Source: a virus (Duplodnaviria; Caudoviricetes). Taken from it: a stretch of 38,251 bases of DNA. Both the position numbers and the translations under genes were made by a program. The DNA is taken from positions 1 through 38,251 of IMG/VR virus record IMGVR_UViG_3300033406_000021; one strand, written 5' to 3'. Below, piece after piece: positions 1 through 7,810 of this stretch. The notes under the pieces are model-generated. The model was given only the letters and a program-made list of their open reading frames with translations, did no database searches and was not told the origin of the DNA. Each line of letters starts with the position of its first letter. The stretch's first letter is position 1.

Positions 1-29
1 TTTGATATGTCGGGGGCTTGAGCTTCTGG

Positions 30-58
30 ATTCTGCATACCCGTCCCAGCCCTGTCAA
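30..58 (-). promoter_or_regulatory. Host sigma70-like promoter pointing out of the left end of the window
   Basis: Minus strand TTGACA (58-53), 17-bp spacer, CAGAAT (35-30); lies outside attL. Confidence 0.55.
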
Positions 59-100
59 TGCATTTGCATGCATAATTAGGGCCCCTGCGAGGCACCCTCT

Positions 101-166
101 ATGTACATTGTTGCAATCGGCTGGCTAACTGCAATGAAAAGTACACATTCCATAGCCATGGCATAA
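101..166 (+). pseudogene. 5' fragment of the host small membrane-protein gene interrupted by the prophage (MYIVAIGW, then read-through into phage DNA to TAA at 164-166)
   Basis: ATG TAC ATT GTT GCA ATC GGC TGG joins in frame to 38131 onward, giving MYIVAIGWLYVTLLVAANEPSIVAGIISFFFYGLLPCGLLLWISGSK, which is homologous to 37887..38105. Confidence 0.85.
107..146. other. attL: attL (host B arm + TG crossover + phage P' arm)
   Basis: Core GCTGGCT (120-126) is repeated at 38129-38135; arm 124-146 GCTAACTGCAATGAAAAGTACAC is the 20/23 reverse complement of 38108-38130. Confidence 0.88.
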
Positions 167-167
167 A

Positions 168-1808
168 ATGACCACCATGGCCAATGTATATAGCTACCTC
201 CGGTTCTCTTCCCTCAAGCAGGCTGCTGGCACCAGTATAGACCGCCAGCTCGACTATGCTCAACGCTGGGCCGCTGAGAACGGCCTCCCGCTCGATGAAT
301 CGCTCACCATGCGCGACGAGGGCTTGAGCGCCTATCACCAGCGGCATATCAAGACCGGCGCCCTCGGCGTGTTCCTCGAAGCAATCAATGAAGGACGCAT
401 CCCGCCTGGGTCGGTGCTCGTTGTCGAAGGGCTTGACCGCCTGTCGCGGGCAGAACCCATTCTCGCCCAGGCGCAACTGGCGCAGATCATCAACGCCGAG
501 ATTACCGTTGTCACCGCTTCCGACGGTAAGCGATACAACCGGGAACAGCTGAAGGCCAACCCGATGGACCTTGTCTATTCTCTGCTCGTCATGATCCGGG
601 CGCACGAGGAGTCGGAGACCAAGAGCAAGCGCGTCAAGGCGGCAATCCGGAAGCACTGCGAAGCATGGCAGACCGGCGGCACAATGACCATGGGTCGCAT
701 GGGACGGCCGCCGTCCTGGTTACAGTGGATCGATGACAAGTGGTCAATTATCGAAGAGCGCGCCGAAGGCATCCGGATTGCGCTTGACCTTTTCGCGCGC
801 GGCTGGGGGCATTTCAAGATCACCGAGGCCCTGATCGAACGCAAGCTCAATCTCGGCCAGGGTTCTCCCAATTCTAACCAGCTTTACCGCATCATCCGAA
901 ACCCAGCGCTCAAGGGCGTCAAAACACTTGAGCTCGATGGCGAAACCTACGAACTCGCCGACTACTACCCTGCCCTGGTCAGCGCCACTCAATGGGCAAC
1001 GCTTCAGGAAGCCATGGGCCGCCGTTCCCGCGCCTGCAGCAGCGGCCCAGGCAAGATTGTCGGCATGCTCACTGGCACCGGAATCGCGATCTGCGGCTAT
1101 TGCGGATCTGCAATGGTTGCGAACAATGTAACAACGCGTGCTCGTGCTGACGGATCGCTTTCTGATGGAAATCGGCGGCTGATTTGTTCCTCAAGTGCAA
1201 CCCGCAAACCCTGCCCGCTCCCGTCAAGCAGCAGCGCTGCCGCAATTGAACGCGCGATCATGGACTATTGCTCCGACCGCCTAAACCTACGCGCCCTGCT
1301 CATTAACAGCGGCGATCAATCCGATACGCTGCGCGGCCGCCTGGCGCAGTTGCGCAGCGAGGGGGCAAAGATTGGCGCGCAGATCGATCGGCTGACTGAT
1401 TTGCTACTGGCCACCGACGAGACCGACACGCCGGCCGCGCTGATCCGCAAGATGCGCGACCTCGAAGCTGCGCAGAAAGAATCCGAGAAAGCGACCCGGC
1501 ACCTTGAACAACAGCTGCTCGCGCTGGATTCGACGCCCACCCCAGCGGCCGCCGAGGCATGGGAAGCCTTGCGCCACGACGTCGAAGCGATGAACTACGA
1601 TGCCCGCATCAAGGCGCGCCAGCTGATTGCCGACACCTTCGAGCGCATTGTGGTTTTCTCGCGCGGCATGAGCCTTGACCCGCAAAGCCAGTCGATTGAC
1701 GTTTTGCTTGTCGCCAAGGGCGGCGGAAGCCGCTCCCTGTGCCTCGACCGAAAAACTGGCCGCCTACTCGATGGGCTAAGAATCGGCGAGGCAGTCACGG
1801 CTGGGTGA
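168..1808 (+). CDS. int: Large serine recombinase (phage integrase)
   Basis: YLRFSS catalytic Ser motif, LDRLSR, recombinase domain, Zn ribbon CGYCG...LICSS...CP, coiled coil; adjacent to attL; start may be 177. Confidence 0.95.
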   Translation: MTTMANVYSYLRFSSLKQAAGTSIDRQLDYAQRWAAENGLPLDESLTMRDEGLSAYHQRHIKTGALGVFLEAINEGRIPPGSVLVVEGLDRLSRAEPILAQAQLAQIINAEITVVTASDGKRYNREQLKANPMDLVYSLLVMIRAHEESETKSKRVKAAIRKHCEAWQTGGTMTMGRMGRPPSWLQWIDDKWSIIEERAEGIRIALDLFARGWGHFKITEALIERKLNLGQGSPNSNQLYRIIRNPALKGVKTLELDGETYELADYYPALVSATQWATLQEAMGRRSRACSSGPGKIVGMLTGTGIAICGYCGSAMVANNVTTRARADGSLSDGNRRLICSSSATRKPCPLPSSSSAAAIERAIMDYCSDRLNLRALLINSGDQSDTLRGRLAQLRSEGAKIGAQIDRLTDLLLATDETDTPAALIRKMRDLEAAQKESEKATRHLEQQLLALDSTPTPAAAEAWEALRHDVEAMNYDARIKARQLIADTFERIVVFSRGMSLDPQSQSIDVLLVAKGGGSRSLCLDRKTGRLLDGLRIGEAVTAG

Positions 1809-1826
1809 TCAGCGCGGCCGGCAGCG

Positions 1827-2474
1827 CTAAACCGGCCCGGCCTCGATCAGATCAACGGGCGGCGGCACGAACATAGATTTGATGTCGTCCGCGCTCCCGC
1901 GCAGCCAGCGCTCGACGTCATGCTGCTCGATTGCCACAGTGGAGCGCTTGTCCTGCTGGCCGAGCGGCAGTTTCGGATCCGGCTTGTGCATCCGGTTCAT
2001 GATCGGATGATCGTCGGCATTGACCGTCAGCATGGTGTAGCTCTCCACCACTTCGCCGGTCGCCCGATCGGTCCACGTATTCCACAAGCCGGCCAGCCCC
2101 CACGGCTGAGCATCCCGGCGCCGGAAGCGCCACCAGACGTTCTTGCCTGTCTCCCAGCACGGTTCATCGAACGATAGCGCCGGAATAATACAGCGCTGCC
2201 CCTTGTGCCAAACGTCACGAAATGTCGGCTTGAGTGCCGCCTCTTCAGATCGACAGTTACATGTCGAATATTTCAGGACGGAAGTTTTCGACCAATGGGG
2301 AATCAGGCTCCAAGTACCGACCACCAAGTCAAGCGTACCAGCCGACCCTTGGCGTAGAAATGGGCCAAGGGCACGGGGATGGAGATCACGCGCCCACTTT
2401 GGCTGGTTGTGGCGACCAATGTGCCACATGCGCTCAATGTCGGCCTGGTCAGGGGTGATGTAACGAGTGCACAT
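1827..2474 (-). CDS. SOS response-associated peptidase (SRAP/HMCES/YedK family, abasic-site protection)
   Basis: Start reassigned to MCTRY so the catalytic Cys is residue 2; PTFRDVW..GQRCIIPA..F.EP, GLAGLW, YTMLT.NAD.HP motifs; GGAG upstream. Confidence 0.92.
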   Translation of the reverse strand: MCTRYITPDQADIERMWHIGRHNQPKWARDLHPRALGPFLRQGSAGTLDLVVGTWSLIPHWSKTSVLKYSTCNCRSEEAALKPTFRDVWHKGQRCIIPALSFDEPCWETGKNVWWRFRRRDAQPWGLAGLWNTWTDRATGEVVESYTMLTVNADDHPIMNRMHKPDPKLPLGQQDKRSTVAIEQHDVERWLRGSADDIKSMFVPPPVDLIEAGPV

Positions 2475-2556
2475 GTCTGCACTGTACTCCTTGCAGCACG
2501 GCATTACGAAGCTGCCCGAGCACCTCTATCGCTTCCCCCTCGAGAACAAACAGAGC

Positions 2557-2585
2557 TTGAAAAAATACTGTACAGGCGTACAGTA
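2557..2585 (+). promoter_or_regulatory. LexA (SOS) box overlapping a sigma70 promoter
   Basis: TACTGTACAGGCGTACAGTA (2566-2585) = CTGT-N8-ACAG; TTGAAA (2557-2562), 16 bp, TACAGT (2579-2584). Confidence 0.85.
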
Positions 2586-2591
2586 CATTGC

Positions 2592-2903
2592 ATGATTGCA
2601 GACGTCTATACAGTCCGGCAAGCCGGCATCCTGATTCCCGAACGAGACAGCCGCGGCCAGGTTCCGTTGCATGGAAATCTATGCCTGCAGACTCACTGGA
2701 TCAGTGAAACAAGGTCGAAACCTGCGCTAATCCTGCACGAAACGAGCAACGTTACCGCTGCGGCAATTAAGGCCATTTTGTTTGAACCGAAGCTGGTTCA
2801 CATGGGGGATGCCTGGATGCGATTCCAGGGATGGGAAGTGCTGGAGCAACCCGGGCAGGGGCGGCAGATTGTCCTCCAGGAATGGAGGTGCCTACTCAAG
2901 TAG
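2592..2903 (+). CDS. SOS-regulated hypothetical protein (103 aa)
   Basis: ATG 7 nt after the -10 inside the LexA box; C-terminal LFEPKLV.M....MRFQGWE...VLQEW pattern resembles small prophage proteins I associate with SRAP neighbourhoods. Confidence 0.75.
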   Translation: MIADVYTVRQAGILIPERDSRGQVPLHGNLCLQTHWISETRSKPALILHETSNVTAAAIKAILFEPKLVHMGDAWMRFQGWEVLEQPGQGRQIVLQEWRCLLK

Positions 2904-2917
2904 GCACCTTCCAAGCT

Positions 2918-3430
2918 TCAAATCAGACCAACTCTTACTTCGTAGCGATCGCTACCCTCAATGAACGAGGTAAGCACTGCCTTGTCACCTTTTTTGAACA
3001 TGGCGGATCCACCACCGAAGTTCGTATCGTTTACTGGAAGATTAATATCTTTCGGCGCCCCACCTTCGATGACACGGACCTTCTGCGGGTCGGCAGCCCT
3101 TACCAGGGCATAACGCATTATGAGATTTGTCGACGGGTTTTCCTTCACCAGATCATGCCCAACAAAGATCGTGGCGTGAAAGCCAGGGGACAAATGATTT
3201 TTCTGCAGGAAGAAGCTGGGATCGCCAGACGGGAGGGGGCTCTTGTCAGCCGACGGGGAAACGATCAAGGGCTTATCGTACCCACAGGCACCGACGTGAC
3301 GCTCAAGTGTGACATCGTTTTTCACCAGCTCGACAACGCACTGGACAGGTATGACCTCGAAACTGAAAGCTGAATGAGCGAGGCCGAGCGACAGAAGAAA
3401 AGTTAGTGAGCCTTTTTGCAGAATTGTCAT
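2918..3430 (-). CDS. Exported hypothetical protein (moron-like)
   Basis: Signal-peptide-like N-terminus (LTFLLSLGLAHSAFS), AGGAG RBS, AT-rich upstream region, visibly lower GC than the flanks. Confidence 0.7.
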   Translation of the reverse strand: MTILQKGSLTFLLSLGLAHSAFSFEVIPVQCVVELVKNDVTLERHVGACGYDKPLIVSPSADKSPLPSGDPSFFLQKNHLSPGFHATIFVGHDLVKENPSTNLIMRYALVRAADPQKVRVIEGGAPKDINLPVNDTNFGGGSAMFKKGDKAVLTSFIEGSDRYEVRVGLI

Positions 3431-3549
3431 AGAGCGCTTTCTCCTAGTGGATTAAACAAAGACATTGATTCTGCATATTTCGCAAAAAAAATAAATGACC
3501 TAACCGAAAAATCGATCAGGCCGCATCGGCGAAGACGCTGACTAGGCGG

Positions 3550-3807
3550 TCATTCACCCTGGCCATGCTGCCTCGCATTGCCTGAGGTCGGCAAGGTGGC
3601 CGTCAGCTGCTCCTGCCAGGTCTCGATACGCTGCGCTGCACTCACCGAGTAAGCCTGCGGCGGCGACGGCTGCCTTGCGACAGGTTTCGACGGAGGCTTC
3701 GGACAGTCGACGTTGAAAGTCACTGGCTGCCCGGCGCAGGCGGCCATCAGCAGCAGCGGCAGCAGAGCGAGCGACCTCCAGCCGTATTTCCAGTTCAGTA
3801 CGTTCAT
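3550..3807 (-). CDS. Rz1: o-spanin lipoprotein (Rz1-like), nested in the i-spanin gene
   Basis: Lipobox LLMAA-C, Pro-rich CPKPPSKP, alternate frame overlapping the i-spanin. Confidence 0.8.
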   Translation of the reverse strand: MNVLNWKYGWRSLALLPLLLMAACAGQPVTFNVDCPKPPSKPVARQPSPPQAYSVSAAQRIETWQEQLTATLPTSGNARQHGQGE

Positions 3808-4027
3808 TTACCGCTCCTTTCCACTTTTCTTGCCAGTCGTTTTCCTTGTCGCGTGCTTGCTGATCGGCCTCAATCACGGCCTGGGCGAGCACGAGCTTTT
3901 CCTTGTCCCAGTCTGCAAGAACGGCTTCCGCACCGTTGTGTTTGCCGAGTAAGTACAGCCCGGCGACGATGGCCAGCACCGCAATAGCGCCAGCGAGCGC
4001 TCGGTAGGCTTCCTGGATCGGGTTCAT
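3554..4027 (-). CDS. Rz: i-spanin (Rz-like)
   Basis: Start MNPIQ at 4027 (ATGA overlap with the endolysin stop); single N-terminal TM then Ala-rich coiled coil. Confidence 0.82.
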   Translation of the reverse strand: MNPIQEAYRALAGAIAVLAIVAGLYLLGKHNGAEAVLADWDKEKLVLAQAVIEADQQARDKENDWQEKWKGAVNERTELEIRLEVARSAAAAADGRLRRAASDFQRRLSEASVETCRKAAVAAAGLLGECSAAYRDLAGAADGHLADLRQCEAAWPG

Positions 4028-4548
4028 GCCAGCACATCCTTTGCGCGCTTGAAGTAAGCAAGCCGCTCGCCGTAGGCGTTGAAGCCACCGTTGATGACGC
4101 GGGTGATTTTCCGGAAGTCGCCGACATCGGCGATGGTATTCAGGCCGTGCGACCACCAGAACCACGCAGCCGAGCGACAGGCCTGAACCACTCCCTCCAG
4201 CAGCTCGGGTTTTTCGAGCAGACGATCGTCACCATATAGCGCCCTGGAACAGGCGCGATAATTGGCACGGCCGGTGATTTGGATTAGCCCGCGCCCCTTG
4301 AATCGCGGCCCGTCGCCCGGGTCAGTATTGCCGAGGTCTGCGCGCCGTTCGTAAGCCTTGCCGTCGGCGATCTCGCGCACGTATCGCAGGCTTCCTGACT
4401 CGTGAGCAACCTGGGCCAGGAAAGCCGCCTGCCTGGCCGACGTATCGATACCGAACTCAGCCATGGCCTCAGTCATCGGAACCAAAAAGACGCCGGCTTT
4501 TGGGCCGGCGCAGGGGATGATCTTTTTCAGCTGCTGTAGGGTAATCAC
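4024..4548 (-). CDS. Endolysin, glycoside hydrolase family 19
   Basis: AAFLAQVAHESG, DLGNT..GDG.RFKGRGLIQITGRANY, ITRVINGG. Confidence 0.93.
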   Translation of the reverse strand: MITLQQLKKIIPCAGPKAGVFLVPMTEAMAEFGIDTSARQAAFLAQVAHESGSLRYVREIADGKAYERRADLGNTDPGDGPRFKGRGLIQITGRANYRACSRALYGDDRLLEKPELLEGVVQACRSAAWFWWSHGLNTIADVGDFRKITRVINGGFNAYGERLAYFKRAKDVLA

Positions 4549-4817
4549 GTTAGCCTCCGTCGATTACGGATCCCGCGCCGGCGGTCGGTGGCCATGACGG
4601 CAGCCGATGCGATCACGAAAAACACTAGCGCCTCCTGCAAGTGTTTTCCGGTAAGCGTGGCGCAAAACAGCCAGAGGGCGCTGATGGCTAGGCCAAGCCA
4701 GGCCAGTGCGAAAGCATTGCAAGTACAGCGGCTCATGCGGTCGACCACATCCACCGCCCGCCAGAACACAATCGCCGACCCAACGCACAGAGAAATCGAA
4801 ATCAAAAGCCCGATCAT
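4545..4817 (-). CDS. Holin-like/lysis membrane protein (90 aa, 3 predicted TMs)
   Basis: Start MIGLL at 4817 (ATGA overlap); three hydrophobic segments and a basic tail; directly upstream of the endolysin. Confidence 0.65.
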   Translation of the reverse strand: MIGLLISISLCVGSAIVFWRAVDVVDRMSRCTCNAFALAWLGLAISALWLFCATLTGKHLQEALVFFVIASAAVMATDRRRGIRNRRRLT

Positions 4818-5224
4818 GGCTTGCCCTCCTCGTTCGCCGGCGCGCCGCCCAATCGGGCAAACAGACTGGCGATGGTCCGGCCACCGGCAGGCAGGATCAC
4901 CGACTGGGCGTAGTAGCCCACCAGGAAGGAAATGAAGGTACGGCCGAGGCCGAGACCGGAAAATCCGGACGCACCCACCGCCGTGGCAATCGCCGGCAGG
5001 GTATCGACCACGAACCAGGTCGCAAACAGCGACATAAAGGCCACGCAGACAAGGCCAAGAAGAGCCCAGCCAGCCCCCTGCCGCTCCTGCGCACGAAGCG
5101 CAAGGAGCGCCCCGGCCACGCCGCCGAGCAGGGTCCAATAATCAAGTCCGGTCATGATTCCGAACAGCGTTGCTGCGCCGAGAGCCGGAAGGCCAAGGGC
5201 AGCGCTGCTAGTTGGTTCAGCCAT
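4814..5224 (-). CDS. Putative holin (136 aa)
   Basis: Start MAEPTSS at 5224 with GGAG RBS; several Gly/Ala-rich TM segments; first gene of the lysis cassette. Confidence 0.7.
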   Translation of the reverse strand: MAEPTSSAALGLPALGAATLFGIMTGLDYWTLLGGVAGALLALRAQERQGAGWALLGLVCVAFMSLFATWFVVDTLPAIATAVGASGFSGLGLGRTFISFLVGYYAQSVILPAGGRTIASLFARLGGAPANEEGKP

Positions 5225-5250
5225 TGTTATTCTCTCCCTTCGATTGGCTA

Positions 5251-5736
5251 TCAAAATGAAGAAGGCCGCACAGGGCGGCCTTCGACGTTGCTGCAGTAAG
5301 ACAGAGTTGGCGGCTCCGCCGGGGCCAGCATCCAGAGATGCTGCGGCGTAATACGATACGTAGCCTCAGGGCGATACAACGGCGACTCACCTTGCGCGAA
5401 GGCCCACGCCACCAGCTCTGAGCAGAACCAGCTATCGTCCTCCTGCCAGTCGCGGCGCACGAGCAATCCAAACAGCGCCGTCAGGTCGTAGGGCTTGCCC
5501 ACTTGAGAACGAGCAGCCTTGATGACCTTAGCCGGCGAGTGGCAGGGCAGATCGACAATGACGTGCGCAGAGTGCTTGGCGATGACCTCGGCGAGCGGAG
5601 CGACCCGCACGGCCGGCCAGGTTGCCTCGATTACTTCGTCACCATCCACCAGCGCCACGTGCGACCACTGCGACCAGGTCACGGCACGGATCAGCACCGC
5701 ACCGGGCAGCTTCGACGTGCAGAAGAGAACGCGCAT
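5251..5736 (-). CDS. Permuted papain-like amidase (YiiX/YebB-type NlpC/P60)
   Basis: WSHVAL, VIEA, GKPYD and WFCSELVAWA motifs in the permuted His-before-Cys order. Confidence 0.85.
   Translation of the reverse strand: MRVLFCTSKLPGAVLIRAVTWSQWSHVALVDGDEVIEATWPAVRVAPLAEVIAKHSAHVIVDLPCHSPAKVIKAARSQVGKPYDLTALFGLLVRRDWQEDDSWFCSELVAWAFAQGESPLYRPEATYRITPQHLWMLAPAEPPTLSYCSNVEGRPVRPSSF
5253..5283 (-). terminator. Hairpin/possible intrinsic terminator between tail and lysis genes
   Basis: GAAGGCCGC-N5-GCGGCCTTC followed on the minus strand by TTCATTTT; overlaps the last codons of the amidase ORF. Confidence 0.45.
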
Positions 5737-5741
5737 GGTAA

Positions 5742-6179
5742 TTACCCCTCGAAGGTTGCCGGCCAGCCGCCGGAGAAATCATAGGCCGACGGATCGGAAC
5801 TGGCTTCCATGGCCGCGTTGTGGGTTTCGGCCGCGGCGAAGATAGCCTGATCACTGGCGGCGCCGGCAGCAAGAATTTCCTGGGACAGTGTCGGCGTCAT
5901 GATGACGAAGGAGCCGTCCATGGACTTCCACTGGAGGCTCGCCGGGATGTTGGCACCGAGGAGCACCAGGCCAAGCTGCTGCGAGCGGCTCTTCTGGTCG
6001 GAGTGGAACCACTTTGTGCCGATCTTGAAGCCGCCATTTTCGGTGCGGCGGTCGCGTTCAGCCTTGATGTCGTTCCACTTAGCCCCTTTTGCCCATGCTG
6101 CGATTTCTTCTGCTGTTGCAGCCCGGTCGCCTATTTGGCAATCCCCTTGATAAAGACCGCCGTTTTTGTCAATCCACAT
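5742..6179 (-). CDS. Tail fiber assembly-associated protein (DUF4376-like)
   Basis: IKAERDRR..GG, WFHSD..SR, WK.MDGSFV pattern; follows the tail fiber. Confidence 0.7.
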   Translation of the reverse strand: MWIDKNGGLYQGDCQIGDRAATAEEIAAWAKGAKWNDIKAERDRRTENGGFKIGTKWFHSDQKSRSQQLGLVLLGANIPASLQWKSMDGSFVIMTPTLSQEILAAGAASDQAIFAAAETHNAAMEASSDPSAYDFSGGWPATFEG

Positions 6180-7210
6180 CAGAAAGCCCTCCTAGCGCGA
6201 ATGCGTCCATAGCCCGAAGTGATGCTGGTGCCGGTCGCCGAACTGCCGATAGGCGCCCCTGGGAAGGCGATAGAGGCCGAATTTCTTGAACTCACCCCAG
6301 GATGCCAGCCAGATGCCGAGGTCAGCGTGGTGTTATAGGTCGCCGATGCCGGCCGCTCGTTGGTGCCGGCGACATCGTCTGCCAGCGTGAAATCAAAGTT
6401 GAATGCAGCCGTCCCGAGGTTGTGGTTTTTCGTGTAGGTCGTATTGCCGGAAACCGCAAAAAGGCCGCTGTCGTAGCGCCCCTGAAGCGCGTAGGCCACA
6501 GTACTGGTGACAGTGCTGGCGTTGGTAACCGCCTCGCCGACGAAAACGCGATAGACCTGCGTAGCGCTGGCGCCGTTGCCGACCTTACCGACCATTCCGT
6601 TGTAGTTGAACGTAAACTGGCCGTTGGTCAGCACATCGGAACCACCTGGACGATACGTCGGTGCCAGGGCAGTACTTCCCGGCGTCAGGGAACCATTGGC
6701 AGCGACGTCGACATAGAGGTAGTTCGTTGCATTAGCCGTTAGCCCGGGCCAGGCCAGGTTTGTCGCACTACTCCCCACACGATCAACTGCTCCGGAGCTT
6801 CCAACCCCATTGGCCGCGGCCACCACAAAGGGATCCCCGGCAGCAATGTTCTGCGAAGTGATGGAGAGAGACGCCGAGTTTGCCGGAAGAAAACTCGGCA
6901 TCCCTGAGGTATCGACAGGCGCTCCAAGAACGCTCTGCCGGACTGGAATCCTCACCTGAGCCGGCAAAGCCGCATTAATGAGCGCTGCGATTGCCGCCGA
7001 TAGCTGTCCGAGATTCGCATGGTCAGGCGTGAGACCTGCGTCGGCGATTACTTTGCGCAGCTCCTCGGTGACCATGTGGTACCACCAGGCACCTGGCTTA
7101 GTAGCCGGCGTCCCTGTCCCGGGGTTCCCCGCAGTTGGATAGCCGATCGACGGGCTGGCCGGTACAGACGGAGCACTACCGGAACTACCGGATGCATATG
7201 CGCGATCCAT
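6179..7210 (-). CDS. Tail fiber / receptor-binding protein
   Basis: Mu-type fiber N-terminus (GNPGTGTPAT..GAWW.HMV.EEL..VI..AGLTPD..N..QL); Gly/Ser/Thr-rich body. Confidence 0.82.
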   Translation of the reverse strand: MDRAYASGSSGSAPSVPASPSIGYPTAGNPGTGTPATKPGAWWYHMVTEELRKVIADAGLTPDHANLGQLSAAIAALINAALPAQVRIPVRQSVLGAPVDTSGMPSFLPANSASLSITSQNIAAGDPFVVAAANGVGSSGAVDRVGSSATNLAWPGLTANATNYLYVDVAANGSLTPGSTALAPTYRPGGSDVLTNGQFTFNYNGMVGKVGNGASATQVYRVFVGEAVTNASTVTSTVAYALQGRYDSGLFAVSGNTTYTKNHNLGTAAFNFDFTLADDVAGTNERPASATYNTTLTSASGWHPGVSSRNSASIAFPGAPIGSSATGTSITSGYGRIRARRAF

Positions 7211-7219
7211 TATTTCTCC

Positions 7220-7810
7220 TTAGGTGTAACTGAACAGAACAGAGGTATGCGCCGGCTTCAAGCGCTTGATGACACACTCGAGCAGGGCATTTCCCCAGGC
7301 AGCAATCGGATCTTCCACCGCGCCGTCCACGGTGATTTCGGTGACAGTGTTGAGCGCCACATTGACCTGCCACGCGAAAATCCAGGCCACGTCATAAAGC
7401 GGGCACTCGACATCGTCATTGACGGTGTGCGCATGAAACTCGGTGATCGTGATGGCATAACCGAGTGCAGCGGCCAGGCCAATGAAGTAAGCCGGCGACT
7501 GACCGCCTAGCATCGTCAGGCGGCCAACTAGGGCGGCGCGACGCTGGGCCATCGTCTGATCACCGCCGAAGGCCTCGGCGCAGGCATCCGGCAGACCAGC
7601 GACCCGCTCGACATCAGCGAACAGTTCGCCGACGCTACGCGGATCCGCCTCTTCCAGTAGTTGCAGAGCACGCCCGTCGACGCGGGCCAGCTCGGCGGCC
7701 AGTGCGCCGAGCTGCCGCGACAGCAGCGCGGCGTCATCCGTCGGCCAGGCCGGCCCGGGCGGCAGCAGCGCCTGCAGCTGGCGCAGGTAGTCGGTGGCGG
7801 TCAGGCCCAT
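7220..7810 (-). CDS. Baseplate protein, Mu gp48/YmfQ (DUF2313)-like
   Basis: LQALLPPGPAW, GGQS.AYFI.LAA.LGY, LECVI.RLKPAHT. Confidence 0.9.
   Translation of the reverse strand: MGLTATDYLRQLQALLPPGPAWPTDDAALLSRQLGALAAELARVDGRALQLLEEADPRSVGELFADVERVAGLPDACAEAFGGDQTMAQRRAALVGRLTMLGGQSPAYFIGLAAALGYAITITEFHAHTVNDDVECPLYDVAWIFAWQVNVALNTVTEITVDGAVEDPIAAWGNALLECVIKRLKPAHTSVLFSYT

Noticed and set aside
1-38. Minus-strand ORF start MQNPEAQAPDIS
   Set aside because: The ATG lies within the spacer of a TTGACA-17-CAGAAT promoter candidate; too short to support.
2831-3373. Plus-strand 180-aa ORF
   Set aside because: Antisense to 2918..3430, which has the RBS and signal peptide, and it overlaps the end of the SOS gene.
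5742-7210. Invertible tail-fiber cassette or diversity-generating retroelement
   Set aside because: No invertase, reverse transcriptase, second fiber end or template/variable repeat pair seen.
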